Assembly (NCBI GenBank): GCA_038231275.1
Contig: JBBRLQ010000010.1
Location: 160,001 to 224,000 of the forward strand
Reading direction: 5' to 3'
DNA: 64,000 nucleotides
From: Polyangiales bacterium
GTDB lineage: Bacteria; Myxococcota_A; Polyangia; Polyangiales; Polyangiaceae
In this document: piece after piece, positions 1 through 10,538 of the stretch
Layout: the number at the start of each line of letters is the position of its first letter
Numbering within the stretch: position 1 is the stretch's first letter
Notes under the pieces: model-generated
Seen by the model: the letters and a program-made list of their open reading frames with translations, nothing else
What the model was told of the DNA's origin: nothing
Database searches by the model: none
Program-made: the position numbers and the translations under genes

Positions 1-3000
1 TGAGCGACCGCCACCTCGGCATCTCGTCGCGCACGGAGATCGCCGTCGGGCAGGTCCACGACGTCGAGGTCCGCTACGTCACGCTGCGAAACGAGGGCGA
101 CCGGCCGCGGAGGCTCACGGTGACGAGCTACCTCGAGCCGGTGCTCGAGCCCGAGGGCGGGGCGGAGCGTCATCCGGCGTTCTCGCGCCTGTTCGTCGAG
201 TGCGAGCCGCTCGCGGAGATTCATGGCGTGGCGTGCGACCGCAGGCCGAAGGCGCCGTCCGACGTCATCGCGTCGCTCGTGCACCGCGCTGTGTGGGAGG
301 GGAGCGACGTGTCGTGGTCGCACGCGGGGACCGATCGGGCCGTGTTCGTTGGCAGGCGCCGCGACGTGCGGTCGCCGGCGATGGGGCGCGGCGAGGGCGA
401 CGCGCGGGGAGGACCCGCGCTCGATCCGGCGGTGACTCTGACGCTCGACGTGAAGCTCGCCCCGGGCGCGACGGTCGAGGTCGCGTTCGTCACGGCCGTT
501 GCGCCGGAGCGAGCGGATGCGTTGGAGGCCGCGCGGCGTCTGGGGACGATGCACGCCGTGAGGTGGGCGATCCGCGACGCCGAGCGTGCATGCGCGCGTC
601 GATTGCAGGCGGCCGGAGTCAGCCCGGAGCTCTACCCCGCGATGGCGCGCCTCGTGTCGCGCCTCCTTTATCCGCTCCCGTTCCTCGGAGCGACCCGCGA
701 GACGCGTCGCGGCTTCGGCCCCTCGCAGCCGCAGCTATGGGGCCACGGCATCTCCGGAGACGATCCGATCCTGGTCGTCCGCGTCGAGGAACCCGAGGCC
801 AACTCGCTCCTCGCCGAGGTGCTTGCAACCTACAGGTATCTCCGCGCGTGCGGCGTGTCGATCGAGGTCGTCTTCATCGTCCGCTCGGCCACCAGCTACT
901 TGGCGGAAGCCTCGGGCACCGTCCGCAATTTCCTCGTGCGCGAAGGGGCCGCGGGGTGGCTGCACCAGCGCGGAGGCCTCTTCGTCCTAGGGACCGATCA
1001 GCTCGCGCACGACGAGGATCGCCGCATCGAGGCGGCCGCGCAGGTGGTCCTCGACGTCGCGCGCGGGCCGCTCGCGGAGCAATGGACACGGCTGCCCGCG
1101 CTTCCGCCGCCGCTCCCGGCGTTCGCCCCGACCCGCGCGCCCGAGCCGTCGCCCGCGCCCGCGGCGCCCGAGACGAATCGACGCCTCTTGTTTGGACATT
1201 CGCTCGGCGGCTTCACCGACGACGGACGCGAGTACGTGGTCCTCCCCGGGGGAGAGGGCACGCCCGCGCCGTGGTGCAACGTCCTCGCGAACGAGACCTT
1301 CGGCTGCCTGGTGAGCGAGTCGTCGCTCGGCGCGACCTGGTCGGTCAACGCCGGCGAGCATCGCCTCACCCCGTGGCGCAACGATCCCGTGAGCGACGCC
1401 CCGTCGGAGGTCGTGTACCTGCGCGACGAAGAGACCGCGGAGGTCTGGTCGCCGACGCCGCTCCCGGCCGGCCTCGCGGTCGGAGCGCGCGTTCGTCACG
1501 GCGCCGGGTACACCGTCTACGAGCAGACGAGCCATGGCGTCGAGCAGGAGCTGACCGTCTTCGTGGCCGCCGACCGACCCGTGAAGCTCATGCGCTTGCG
1601 CGTGCGCGATGTCCTCGGTCGCCCTCGTCGCTTGACCGCGACGTACTACGTCGAGTGGCTGCTCGGCGTCTCGCGCGCCGATGTACGCACGCGCGTCCTC
1701 TGCGAGGTCGACAGCGAGGCGCGCTGTGTGATGGCGCGATCGGTCTACGACGCCGCGTTCGCGGGACGCGTGGCCTTCGTCGCCGCCGACCGCCCGCACC
1801 ACGGCTTCACGTGCGATCGCACGGAATTTATCGGGCGAAGCGGGGACTACGCGCGGCCGGAAGGTCTGACGCGCTGGGGGCTCGCCGGCACCACTGAGCC
1901 GGGGATCGATCCGTGCGCCGCGCTCCAGGTCCACGTGGACCTGCGCGCCGGCGAGGAGGTCACGCTGTGCTTCGTGCTCGGCGAAGGAAAGGATCGCGCG
2001 GAGGCGCTGGAGCTCGCGCGTCGGTTCCAAGCCCCTGGCAGCGCGGACGAGGCGTTGACGCGCGTGACCGAGCGCTGGGACGAGCTCCTTGGCGCGGTGC
2101 AGGTGAAGACGCCAGAGCCCGCGATGGATCTCATGCTGAACCGCTGGCTCCTCTACCAGAGCCTGTCGTCGCGCTTCTTCGCGCGCGCGGCGTTTTACCA
2201 GTCGAGCGGCGCGTACGGCTTCCGCGACCAGCTGCAGGACGTGATGGCGTACGTCCACTCGGCGCCGCAGATCGTGCGCGCCCACATCCTCCTTTGCGCC
2301 GCGCACCAGTTCGAAGAAGGAGACGTTCTCCACTGGTGGCACCCGCCTGCCGAGGTGGGCGTGCGCACTCGCTGCTCCGACGACTACCTCTGGCTGCCGT
2401 ACGTCACCGCGCACTACGTGGCGGCCACCGGCGACGTCGGTATCCTCGCCGAGGAGGTGCCGTTCCTCCACGCGCCGCCGCTGCGCCCCGACGAAGGGGA
2501 TCGCTACGCGAAGTTCCCGCCGGGAGATGCGCCCGCCACGCTCCTCGAGCACTGCCGCCGCGCCCTCGCGCACGGCTACACCGAGGGGCCTCATGGTCTC
2601 CCCCTCATGGGCAGCGGGGACTGGAACGACGGCATGAACCGCGTCGGCGACGGCGGGAAAGGCGAGAGCGTCTGGCTCGCCTGGTTCCTCTACTCGGTCA
2701 CCGACAAGTTTCTCTTCTTGTGCGAGCGCGCCAAGAGCCGCGAGGACGCCGGCGCCTGGCGTACGCGCGCGCAGCGATTGCGCGCCGCCGCCGAGGCGAG
2801 CGCCTGGGACGGCGCGTGGTACGTCCGCGCCTTCTACGACGACGGAACACCGATCGGCACATCGCGCGCGCGCACGTGCCGCATCGACTCGATCGCGCAG
2901 TCGTGGTCGGTGCTCTCCGGCGCCGCCGAGCCGTCGCGCGCGAAGAGGGCGCTCCGCTCCGCCGAGAGCATGCTCGTGCGCGAGGGCGATCGTCTCGTCC

Positions 3001-3674
3001 TCCTCTTGCAGCCACCGTTCGAGGGCGCGCAGCGCGATCCAGGGTACATCCAGGCCTATCCGCCGGGCGTTCGCGAGAATGGTGGACAATACACGCATGC
3101 CGCCGCGTGGCTCGGCTGGGCTCATGCTCAGGTCGGCGACGGCGCTGCGGCCGAGCGCATCTTCCGGCTGCTCGACCCGGTCCACCACGGCGACCGCGAC
3201 GACGCGATCGCGCGCTACCGCGTCGAGCCCTACGTCATCGCCGGCGACGTTTACGACTCCGCGGATCGCGTCGGTCGTGGCGGCTGGACCTGGTACACCG
3301 GCGCCGCGGCGTGGACGTGGCGGCTCGGCGTCGAGGCCATCCTCGGCATCACGCGCGTCGAAGGTGGCGTTCGCGTCGATCCCTGCATTCCCCCTTCGTG
3401 GCCCGGCTTCGAGGCCACCGTGCGCGTGGGCGCCGCGCGCTTGGTGATCCGCGTCGAAAATCCCGATCACGTCGCGCGTGGCGTCGTCACGGTCACCGTC
3501 GACGGGGTGAAGGCGACCTCGAACGTCATCGTCCCTCCGGTCGGCGACGATCGCGAGCACGTCGTGCGCGTGGTCCTCGGCGCGCGCCCGCGGAGCGATG
3601 TTTCGCCGCCGCAGAGCGGACCGCACGTGCCCACTCCAGAGGCGTCGCAGCCCGCGCCGTTCGGCGTGCGCTGA
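1..3674 (+). CDS. ndvB: Cyclic beta-1,2-glucan synthase (Cgs/NdvB-type), C-terminal GH94 phosphorylase region; 5'-truncated by the window edge
   Basis: Frame is open from position 3 (SDRHLGISSRTEIAV...). Motifs: LWGHGISGDDPI, TPAPWCNVLAN, YQSSGAYGFRDQLQD, GDWNDGMNRVG, YPPGVRENGGQYTHAA, GRGGWTWYTG. The duplicated N-terminal GH94 beta-sandwich is typical of Cgs rather than a simple cellobiose phosphorylase. Confidence 0.85.
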   Translation, partial: SDRHLGISSRTEIAVGQVHDVEVRYVTLRNEGDRPRRLTVTSYLEPVLEPEGGAERHPAFSRLFVECEPLAEIHGVACDRRPKAPSDVIASLVHRAVWEGSDVSWSHAGTDRAVFVGRRRDVRSPAMGRGEGDARGGPALDPAVTLTLDVKLAPGATVEVAFVTAVAPERADALEAARRLGTMHAVRWAIRDAERACARRLQAAGVSPELYPAMARLVSRLLYPLPFLGATRETRRGFGPSQPQLWGHGISGDDPILVVRVEEPEANSLLAEVLATYRYLRACGVSIEVVFIVRSATSYLAEASGTVRNFLVREGAAGWLHQRGGLFVLGTDQLAHDEDRRIEAAAQVVLDVARGPLAEQWTRLPALPPPLPAFAPTRAPEPSPAPAAPETNRRLLFGHSLGGFTDDGREYVVLPGGEGTPAPWCNVLANETFGCLVSESSLGATWSVNAGEHRLTPWRNDPVSDAPSEVVYLRDEETAEVWSPTPLPAGLAVGARVRHGAGYTVYEQTSHGVEQELTVFVAADRPVKLMRLRVRDVLGRPRRLTATYYVEWLLGVSRADVRTRVLCEVDSEARCVMARSVYDAAFAGRVAFVAADRPHHGFTCDRTEFIGRSGDYARPEGLTRWGLAGTTEPGIDPCAALQVHVDLRAGEEVTLCFVLGEGKDRAEALELARRFQAPGSADEALTRVTERWDELLGAVQVKTPEPAMDLMLNRWLLYQSLSSRFFARAAFYQSSGAYGFRDQLQDVMAYVHSAPQIVRAHILLCAAHQFEEGDVLHWWHPPAEVGVRTRCSDDYLWLPYVTAHYVAATGDVGILAEEVPFLHAPPLRPDEGDRYAKFPPGDAPATLLEHCRRALAHGYTEGPHGLPLMGSGDWNDGMNRVGDGGKGESVWLAWFLYSVTDKFLFLCERAKSREDAGAWRTRAQRLRAAAEASAWDGAWYVRAFYDDGTPIGTSRARTCRIDSIAQSWSVLSGAAEPSRAKRALRSAESMLVREGDRLVLLLQPPFEGAQRDPGYIQAYPPGVRENGGQYTHAAAWLGWAHAQVGDGAAAERIFRLLDPVHHGDRDDAIARYRVEPYVIAGDVYDSADRVGRGGWTWYTGAAAWTWRLGVEAILGITRVEGGVRVDPCIPPSWPGFEATVRVGAARLVIRVENPDHVARGVVTVTVDGVKATSNVIVPPVGDDREHVVRVVLGARPRSDVSPPQSGPHVPTPEASQPAPFGVR

Positions 3675-3842
3675 CGCTCACCACGCGCCATCTCGACACG
3701 ATTTGTGGCGTTCTGGCCGCGAAATTTGTATGGCGACGGTGACCCCGTGTGCCTCGTGGTGCCACCAAACGAACAAGCTCGAGCACGTTACTTCGGTCTC
3801 ACACATTGATGGATCGGTCTCGATCGATAAGGTCCGCCATCA

Positions 3843-6311
3843 ATGCGTACCCGCCGAATCCTCCTGTCCGTCGCCTCCACCCTCGTCATGACCGCCGGCC
3901 TCGCGTCCTCCGCGAGCGCCGCGCCGAGCGCTCCTGCCGGCGCGCACCCGCGCATCTGGTTGACGGCGCCGACGATGACGGCCCTCCACGCGAACGTCGC
4001 CAAGAGCGGCAGCGCCGCGTCGGCCGTCGTCGCCGAGTGCCAGCACGTCGTCGATCGTCCGGGCGACTACGACCACGCCATCTACGAAGGCTACGGCTGG
4101 GCGTACGCGTCCGCCTCGTGCGGCATGGCGTGGCAGCTCACGAAGAATCCCGCGTTCGCCACCGCGGGCCTCCGCATGTTCAAGGCGCTCCTCGAGGATT
4201 TCACGGTCGTCGGCGACGGCGCGGGCGGCGCGAGCGCCGTGACCCACGACGCCGGCTACGGGATGCGTTACTTCGCGTCGTTCTCGGCGCTCGCCTACGA
4301 CTGGTTCCACGACGCGCCCGGCGCCGACGCGCTCCTCCCGCAGGCGCGCGGCCTCTTCAAGACCTGGGTCGAGTGGTACGAGGCCAACGGCTACCTCAAG
4401 AGCGCGCCCGGCTCGAACTACCAGGCCGGCTATCTCTTCGCCAAGACCATGATCGGCGTCGCGGCGAGCGGAGAGGACGACGGCTCGGCGGCCACCTACT
4501 TCGGCCAGGTCGTCGACCAAATGTTCGCGCAGCAGATCGTCGCCAAGGGCGTGACCGGCGCCGGCGCGCTCGTCGGCGGCGACTGGCCGGAGGGCTGGGA
4601 GTACGGCCCGCTCTGCACGATGGAGTACGCGATGTCGGCGCGCGCGCTCGAAGAGCAAGGCGCGCCGCAGCCGGCGCTCAAGAGCTGGCTGCACGACCTC
4701 GTCGTCAACTACCACTACTCGCTGACGCCCGACAAAGCAGGCTTCTACGCGGGTGGAGACTACGGAACGGCGATCATCAACGCGACGCCGAGCCCGCAGC
4801 CCCTGACTGCAGCGGTCGCCGGCTTCGGCAACGACGAGGCCGCGGGCTGGGCGCAGTTCGTCCGTCCGCTCGCGGCGCCGGCGCACGATCTCAACCTCGT
4901 GTACGACGCCCTCGCCGAGGCGCGCGGGGCGGCGGCGAAGAGCTTCAACGCGACGCCCAGGTCACCGTTTTACGTCGCGACGGGGACGCGCAAGCTCTAC
5001 GCGCGATCGAGCTGGGACAAGGACGCCTTCTGGGCCGTCTTCGTGTCGGCGCCGCGCTTCGCCGTCGACCACCAGCACCTCGACGCGTCCACGTTCGTGC
5101 TCTCGCGCGGGAGCGATTCGCTCGTCGTCGATCCGTCGCCGTACGGATCGCTTTCGACGCTGACCACCAACGCGCTCTCCGTCGACTCGCTGACCGTGCA
5201 GGAGAACTATCGCCCTAGCCAATCCCCGTATTCGCGCGCCGAGCTCGCGTGGGCGCGCGGAACGAAAGGCGGCGTCGTCGCGGGGCGCGCGGCGCTCGAA
5301 GGCGCGTTCGCCGATCCGCAGGGAAATAGCGACGTGCCGTTCGCGCGGCGCGACTGGGTCTTCCTCCCCGAAGGGGAGATCGTCGCGATCGATCGCGTTC
5401 GCACCGACGACCCGGCACGAAAGACGTACCTCCGCTTCCGCTCGCCGTCGTCGTTCTCGCTCGACGGAAGCAACGTCGCCACCGCGACGGTCGGCGCCTC
5501 CCGCCTCGTCGTTCACCCAGTCACGCTGTCGGGCAGCAGCGTCCCTGCGGTCCGCTCGATCAAGGGAGATCCGGGCGCCCCGTGCGACGGGGACAACTTC
5601 GGCGTCTGCACCGCGGCGCGCTTCGACAGCGGCGAATACGCGGTCACGCTCCCGGGGCCGACGATGCTCGCGGTTCACGTGCTCGACGCCCTCGGAACGG
5701 CCGAGGCGGCCGCAGAAGCGATCGCGATCACCGATTCGGCGCTCGTCGGTGCGCGCGTTACGCGCGGCGGCGTTCGGTCGTTCGTCGTCGCGTCGAGCGC
5801 CAAGGACGGCAAGCCCGGCGCGACCCTCGCGTACTCCGCGGCCGGCGACCGCGCCGCGCGCCACGTCGTCTTCGACGCTCCGGAAGACGCGAACGGCGCC
5901 TCCGACGTCACCACGCGCGTGGTCGGCGAGACCTGCGCGGTCTCGATCACCGCGGGCACCGGCCCCAGCGCCTTCGTCGGTCGCCCGCTCGTCTTCAGCG
6001 TCGCGTCGGCCAAGGACGGTTGCGCGACCGCGGTCGACGCGTCGCCTCCGCCGACGACCGACGGCGGCGGGCCCTCGCCCCAGGGCGCGGACGCTTCGGC
6101 GCCCGACCCGAACCCGCTCGGTGGCCCCGCGGGGGGCTCCGACGGCGGCGTCGGCTCGGGCGCGAACGGCGCCGGCGCCAACGGCACCAACAACGGTGGT
6201 GGTGGCTGCAACGTTCCTCCGCGCACCGACGGCGGGCTCGCGGCGCTCTTCCTAGCCACCTTGTCGCTGCTCGTCGTGCGCGTGACCCGCGCGCGCCGCG
6301 CCCGCGCGTGA
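3843..6311 (+). CDS. Secreted heparinase II/III-like (polysaccharide lyase-like) protein with C-terminal MYXO-CTERM sorting signal
   Basis: Signal peptide ending ASA; AHPRIWLT at the mature N-terminus; GGDWPEGWEYG; HQHLD (HxHxD-like); Pro/Gly linker; C-terminus GGGGCNV + hydrophobic helix + RARRARA. Confidence 0.65.
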   Translation: MRTRRILLSVASTLVMTAGLASSASAAPSAPAGAHPRIWLTAPTMTALHANVAKSGSAASAVVAECQHVVDRPGDYDHAIYEGYGWAYASASCGMAWQLTKNPAFATAGLRMFKALLEDFTVVGDGAGGASAVTHDAGYGMRYFASFSALAYDWFHDAPGADALLPQARGLFKTWVEWYEANGYLKSAPGSNYQAGYLFAKTMIGVAASGEDDGSAATYFGQVVDQMFAQQIVAKGVTGAGALVGGDWPEGWEYGPLCTMEYAMSARALEEQGAPQPALKSWLHDLVVNYHYSLTPDKAGFYAGGDYGTAIINATPSPQPLTAAVAGFGNDEAAGWAQFVRPLAAPAHDLNLVYDALAEARGAAAKSFNATPRSPFYVATGTRKLYARSSWDKDAFWAVFVSAPRFAVDHQHLDASTFVLSRGSDSLVVDPSPYGSLSTLTTNALSVDSLTVQENYRPSQSPYSRAELAWARGTKGGVVAGRAALEGAFADPQGNSDVPFARRDWVFLPEGEIVAIDRVRTDDPARKTYLRFRSPSSFSLDGSNVATATVGASRLVVHPVTLSGSSVPAVRSIKGDPGAPCDGDNFGVCTAARFDSGEYAVTLPGPTMLAVHVLDALGTAEAAAEAIAITDSALVGARVTRGGVRSFVVASSAKDGKPGATLAYSAAGDRAARHVVFDAPEDANGASDVTTRVVGETCAVSITAGTGPSAFVGRPLVFSVASAKDGCATAVDASPPPTTDGGGPSPQGADASAPDPNPLGGPAGGSDGGVGSGANGAGANGTNNGGGGCNVPPRTDGGLAALFLATLSLLVVRVTRARRARA

Positions 6312-6318
6312 TCGGACG

Positions 6319-7329
6319 CTAGTCGCCGTCGACCTCGACGCGGTTTCGTCCCTTCGCCTTCGCGCGATAGAGCGCGGCGTCGGCGCGGCCCAGCCACTCG
6401 GCGACGCCGCGATCGTTCGAGCGATCGAGCTCCGCGACTCCGAAGCTCACCGTGACGGGCTCGCCGCGGGCGCCAGGGATCGCCAGCGCCTCTACTGCCG
6501 CGCGCACGCGCTCCATCGCCGCCGCCGCTTGCAGCAGCGACTGCTCGGGCAGGATCACCACGAACTCCTCGCCGCCGTAGCGGTAGTGTCCGTCCCCCTC
6601 GCGCAGCGCGTCACGGATCGTCTGGGCGATGCGCCGCAGGATGTCGTCGCCTTTGAGGTGACCGAATGCGTCGTTGTAGGACTTGAAGTGATCGATGTCG
6701 CACATCGCGAGCGAATACTTGTGGCCGTAGCGCATCACGCGTGACCACAGGTTGCGGAGATCCTCGTCCATCGAGAGGCGGTTCTGCACCTGCGTGAGCG
6801 AGTCGAGGCGCGCGACGCGGAACGAGGCCTCGCTGTCGCGCAGGAGCCTCGCGTTCTTCTCGACGAGCGTCCGGTTTCGCGCGAGGGCGCGCCCGGCGCT
6901 CGCGAGCTGCGCGCGGAGCTCGTCGACGTCGAACGGCTTCGAGTGGTAGTCGTCGGCGCCGGCGTCGATCCCACGCGCGAAGTGGTCGCGATCGTCGAAC
7001 GCGGTCATGAAGATGAAGTAGGTGTAGGTGTCGCCGTCGTCCTGGCTGCGCGTGCGTTGGCACAGTTCCATGCCGTTCATGCGCGGCATCGCCCAGTCGC
7101 TCAGGATGACGTCAGCGCGCTCCAGCTGGTGCAGCTCCCAAGCCTCCATCCCGTCACGCGCGTCGACGCACTGGTACCCGAGCCGCTCCACGGTGCTCCG
7201 CAGCAAGCTTCGCGTGTCGTCGTCGTCGTCCACGACGAGGACGCGAATCGACGACGGGAATGGCGTGAGGATGCGCTGGTCGGCCATACGCTCCGGCTCC
7301 GAGGATAGGGTGGTGTCGCTCGAGTCCAT
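6319..7329 (-). CDS. Response-regulator diguanylate cyclase (REC-GGDEF, WspR/PleD-like)
   Basis: RVLVVDDD...VILSDWAMP receiver; DSLT; DIDHFKSYND; RYGGEEF preceded by an intact RxxD I-site (REGD). Start is uncertain (7329 or the next Met). Confidence 0.92.
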   Translation of the reverse strand: MDSSDTTLSSEPERMADQRILTPFPSSIRVLVVDDDDDTRSLLRSTVERLGYQCVDARDGMEAWELHQLERADVILSDWAMPRMNGMELCQRTRSQDDGDTYTYFIFMTAFDDRDHFARGIDAGADDYHSKPFDVDELRAQLASAGRALARNRTLVEKNARLLRDSEASFRVARLDSLTQVQNRLSMDEDLRNLWSRVMRYGHKYSLAMCDIDHFKSYNDAFGHLKGDDILRRIAQTIRDALREGDGHYRYGGEEFVVILPEQSLLQAAAAMERVRAAVEALAIPGARGEPVTVSFGVAELDRSNDRGVAEWLGRADAALYRAKAKGRNRVEVDGD

Positions 7330-7345
7330 GTCGCGCCATGCCTTT

Positions 7346-7360
7346 GCACCGCGCGTGCCG
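7346..7360 (-). promoter_or_regulatory. Putative sigma-54 -24/-12 promoter (diguanylate cyclase)
   Basis: Minus strand CGGCACGCGCGGTGC. Confidence 0.6.
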
Positions 7361-7364
7361 CAAT

Positions 7365-8432
7365 TCAGCCTCGCGGGAGCTCCAGCGTAAAGACGCAACC
7401 CTTGCCGGGGAGGTCACGCACGGCGATCGTGCCGCCGCTGGCCTGCGCGGCCTTGAGGCAAATGGACAGCCCCAGGCCGACGCCCGTGAGGTCCTTCCCG
7501 CGCTGCACGAAGGGATGGAAGAGCCGCTCGACCGCTCCGGGCGGAAGGCCGCCGCACTCGTCCTCGATGGATAAGCGCACGCGGTCGGCGGTGACCTCGG
7601 TGCTCAGCGTGATCGCGCCTTCTTTGCGCGTGAATTTGCACGCGTTGTGGACGAGGTTGGAGAGCGCCGCGACGAGGATTTGCCGATCGCCGTTGACCCA
7701 CATGTCGCGCGGGGGCAGCGGGGCCGTAAAGCGCAGCCCGCGCGCCTCGGCCTGGAGCGCTGCGCCGATCTCGACCTCTTCGATGAGCGCCGCCACCGAG
7801 ATTCGCTCGACCTGCTCGATGCCGGCGTCGAGGCGAACGTCCGCGAGCGACCGATCGATGAGGTCGCGCAAGCCGGTCAGGCTGCGGTCGAGCACCATGC
7901 CGGTGCTGCCGCCCGCCGAGACGCGCCCGCCCTTGATGCTCTCGAACGCGAGCGTCGCGGTGCTGAGGAGATTGCGGAGCTCGTGGGCGAGGACGCCGAG
8001 GCGGGCGGTGCCTTGTGTGACGAGCACGCGCTCGCGCTGGCGGGCGTACTCGGTCACAGCGCCGGCGATGGCGTCGTCGACGCAGAGGTTGAGGAGCCGA
8101 AAATCCTCGGACGAAATAGGCATGTTCTGCTCGACGGCGATCTCCGTCACCACCTGGCACACGTCGCCGTAGTCCTGGACCACGTGACCGGTGCTGAGCC
8201 CCAGCCGAAAGAGATCGGCCCCGTGCCGCTCCGCGCTCGCGGTCAGCTTCACGTGATCGATCTGCGTCGTCGAACGGGCCAGGCGCAGCGCGTCCCCGAG
8301 CTGGCTCAGGAAAACGGGGATCCCGTTGACGAGCTCCTCTTCGGACGGCGTAGGGCTCGTACGTGTGGCCACCCTCGCGCGCGCCCTCGAGAGGATCGCC
8401 TCTCGGTTCGCGTCGATGAAGTTGGCTAGCAC
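7365..8432 (-). CDS. Cytoplasmic sensor histidine kinase (RsbRD_N-like helical N-terminus, HisKA, HATPase)
   Basis: GTG start (VLANFIDANRE...); LAHELRNLL H-box; NLVHNACKF; EDECGGLP; GVGLGLSI. The upstream part of the 551-aa track ORF is likely non-coding. Confidence 0.88.
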   Translation of the reverse strand: MLANFIDANREAILSRARARVATRTSPTPSEEELVNGIPVFLSQLGDALRLARSTTQIDHVKLTASAERHGADLFRLGLSTGHVVQDYGDVCQVVTEIAVEQNMPISSEDFRLLNLCVDDAIAGAVTEYARQRERVLVTQGTARLGVLAHELRNLLSTATLAFESIKGGRVSAGGSTGMVLDRSLTGLRDLIDRSLADVRLDAGIEQVERISVAALIEEVEIGAALQAEARGLRFTAPLPPRDMWVNGDRQILVAALSNLVHNACKFTRKEGAITLSTEVTADRVRLSIEDECGGLPPGAVERLFHPFVQRGKDLTGVGLGLSICLKAAQASGGTIAVRDLPGKGCVFTLELPRG

Positions 8433-8563
8433 GACGTCAACCTGGGGCTTCGCGAGGTCAATAGCAACAAACCCTTTGGTAATGGGGAACGTCTGCAGCG
8501 CGTGTGGCGCATTTGCGTCCGCACGTGGCGCAACGGCGCTTCGTTCAACCGCTTCGCGTATCC

Positions 8564-8578
8564 GGGCATGGGAGCTGC
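8564..8578 (+). promoter_or_regulatory. Putative sigma-54 promoter
   Basis: GGGCATGGGAGCTGC; GTG at 8592. Confidence 0.45.
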
Positions 8579-8591
8579 AAAGCTTTCCGCC

Positions 8592-10523
8592 GTGCTTCAG
8601 AGCCTCCTGACCCGTCTGCGCGCGATACGGAGTGGGCGCCTCTTCAGGCCGGCCAAGCGAACGGCCGCGGCCTTGGCGATCACCTACCTCGTTTACCTGA
8701 TCGGCGTGAACGCGACGCTGCTTCGGCGCCACTTCGATATTCAGGAGCAAGTGCACGTCACGTACACGTCGTGCTGGTCGTGGTTTCCGGGGAAGCTGCG
8801 CGCCCACGGCGTGCGGATCGTCGGAACCGACAGCCACGTCGAGTGGCAGCTCGACGTCGAGCGCGTGAGTCTGGACGTGTCGCTCGTCGCGCTCTTTCAT
8901 CGGCGCTTCCGTGCCTCCGACATCCACGGCAGCGGTCTCTCGATGAAGATGCGGCGGAAGCTCGCTCCGACCGAGGCCACGCCGGCCGTCGTGGCGTCGC
9001 TGCCGCCGATCGCAGGTCACCCCGATCCGCCGATCAAGCCGCCCGTCCCTTCGCCGCCTATCCCCGACGCGGAGTACGATCTCTGGTCAGTGCAGCTCGA
9101 GGACGCTGACGCGGATCCCGTCCGCGAGGTGTGGATCGACGCGTACCACTTCACCGGCGACGCGCGCGCCAGGGGCAGCTTTGTGCTGCGTCCCGTGAGA
9201 ATGGCGTCGGTCGGCCCGAGCACGATCGACGTCCGCAGCGGCGAGCTGCAGATCTACGGCGAGTCCGCGCTCGACGGCCTCACCGGTCGCCTCGACGCGA
9301 CCCTCGCGCCGTTCGATCCGCGCGAGGTCGAGGGGGCGAGCGTCCTTCGAAGCGTGACCGCGGGGGTGCAGGGGGACGGGCACGTTGTCAGCGTGGGGTT
9401 CCTGAAGCACTACGGGGACGCAACGCCGGCGGTCGTGCTCGAAGGCGGCGCCGGCTCGGCGCACGTCGACCTTCGCATCGACGCCGGAGTTCTGGCGGCG
9501 CCCAGCCTCGTGACGCTCGACACCGATCTCCTGCGCGCCGACGCGAGCGACCATCACGTGACGTCGGCGGCGCACGTGGCGTTCATCGTCGACGCGCTCA
9601 CCGGGAGCCCGGAAGCGCGCCTCGCGATCGACCTCTCGCGCGTGACGCTGCATCACGGCGACGCGAAGGAGCCGCTGCTCGAAGCGGCGCGGATCATCGC
9701 CAACGGGCGAAGCGCGGAGGTGGATCTCGTTCGTCCCTTCGGAGACGTCACCGCGTCGCTCGACTGGCCCGACGTCGTTTTCCCCGACCTGCGGCGCCTC
9801 GACGTCTACTTCGGGAAGGGCGCATCCCCGATCCGCGGCGGCACCGGGAGAACACACGGCGAGTTGCACGCGTCGCTCCCCAAGCGTCACGTGACGGGAC
9901 ACGCCGCGGCGACGGCGAGCGGGCTGGTGCTCCACCTCGGCAGCACCGACGCGCGTGGCTCGGTGTCCGCCGACGTCGCGCTTGCCGGTCTCGACCTCGA
10001 CTCGGGGCGGGGAGATGTGTCGGGCAGCCGCATCGACGCGCGCGACGTCGTGCTCTCGAGCGCGCCGAAAGAGCCAGGGTGGTGGGCGAGCGCGCAGCTC
10101 GCGGACGCGCACCTGTCGATCGCACCGGCGCATCTGCGGACGAAGCTGGCCCTCCAGGCGAAGGACGGGCGGCCCATCCTCGAGCAAGGCGTGCCAAAGA
10201 GTCTCGCGAACCTCATTGGCCTCGACGGGCTCCACGGCGGCGCGGCGCTCGCGCTCGGACCTTCGCAGGTCGATCTGACGGGCCTGCGCGTCGAGGGCAA
10301 AGGCGGCGACGTTCGCGCCGAGCTCTACGATCGTGGCGCGAAGACCTATGGCGTCGCGATGGTGAACGCGGGACTGTTGAAGGTCGGCGTCGAGCTCGAG
10401 GGCCATAACACGTCGTTTCGGCTCTTCGCGACCGACGAGTGGTACGCGCACGCCGCCGCGACCGCCGCCGCCGAAGCTGGCCCTGCGAAGGCGACGGGAA
10501 CCACGAAGCAGAGCGCGCTCTGA
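8592..10523 (+). CDS. Membrane-anchored beta-rich periplasmic protein, possibly AsmA/DUF748-like
   Basis: Single N-terminal TM (AAALAITYLVYLIGVNATLL) followed by long alternating beta-strand pattern. The family call is an inference; start could also be ATG 8568. Confidence 0.5.
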   Translation: MLQSLLTRLRAIRSGRLFRPAKRTAAALAITYLVYLIGVNATLLRRHFDIQEQVHVTYTSCWSWFPGKLRAHGVRIVGTDSHVEWQLDVERVSLDVSLVALFHRRFRASDIHGSGLSMKMRRKLAPTEATPAVVASLPPIAGHPDPPIKPPVPSPPIPDAEYDLWSVQLEDADADPVREVWIDAYHFTGDARARGSFVLRPVRMASVGPSTIDVRSGELQIYGESALDGLTGRLDATLAPFDPREVEGASVLRSVTAGVQGDGHVVSVGFLKHYGDATPAVVLEGGAGSAHVDLRIDAGVLAAPSLVTLDTDLLRADASDHHVTSAAHVAFIVDALTGSPEARLAIDLSRVTLHHGDAKEPLLEAARIIANGRSAEVDLVRPFGDVTASLDWPDVVFPDLRRLDVYFGKGASPIRGGTGRTHGELHASLPKRHVTGHAAATASGLVLHLGSTDARGSVSADVALAGLDLDSGRGDVSGSRIDARDVVLSSAPKEPGWWASAQLADAHLSIAPAHLRTKLALQAKDGRPILEQGVPKSLANLIGLDGLHGGAALALGPSQVDLTGLRVEGKGGDVRAELYDRGAKTYGVAMVNAGLLKVGVELEGHNTSFRLFATDEWYAHAAATAAAEAGPAKATGTTKQSAL

Positions 10524-10538
10524 GTGGAGCGAAAGGTG

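Noticed and set aside
3714..3729. TGGCCGCGAAATTTGT upstream of the lyase-like gene
   Set aside because: No GC at the required spacing from GG.
8433..9020. Long N-terminal extensions in track ORFs (also 35888-36637, 39673-40287, 42116-42721, 44843-45193, 46593-48200)
   Set aside because: They overlap neighbouring genes or promoter regions; domain homology, SD motifs or signal peptides begin at the later starts used here.
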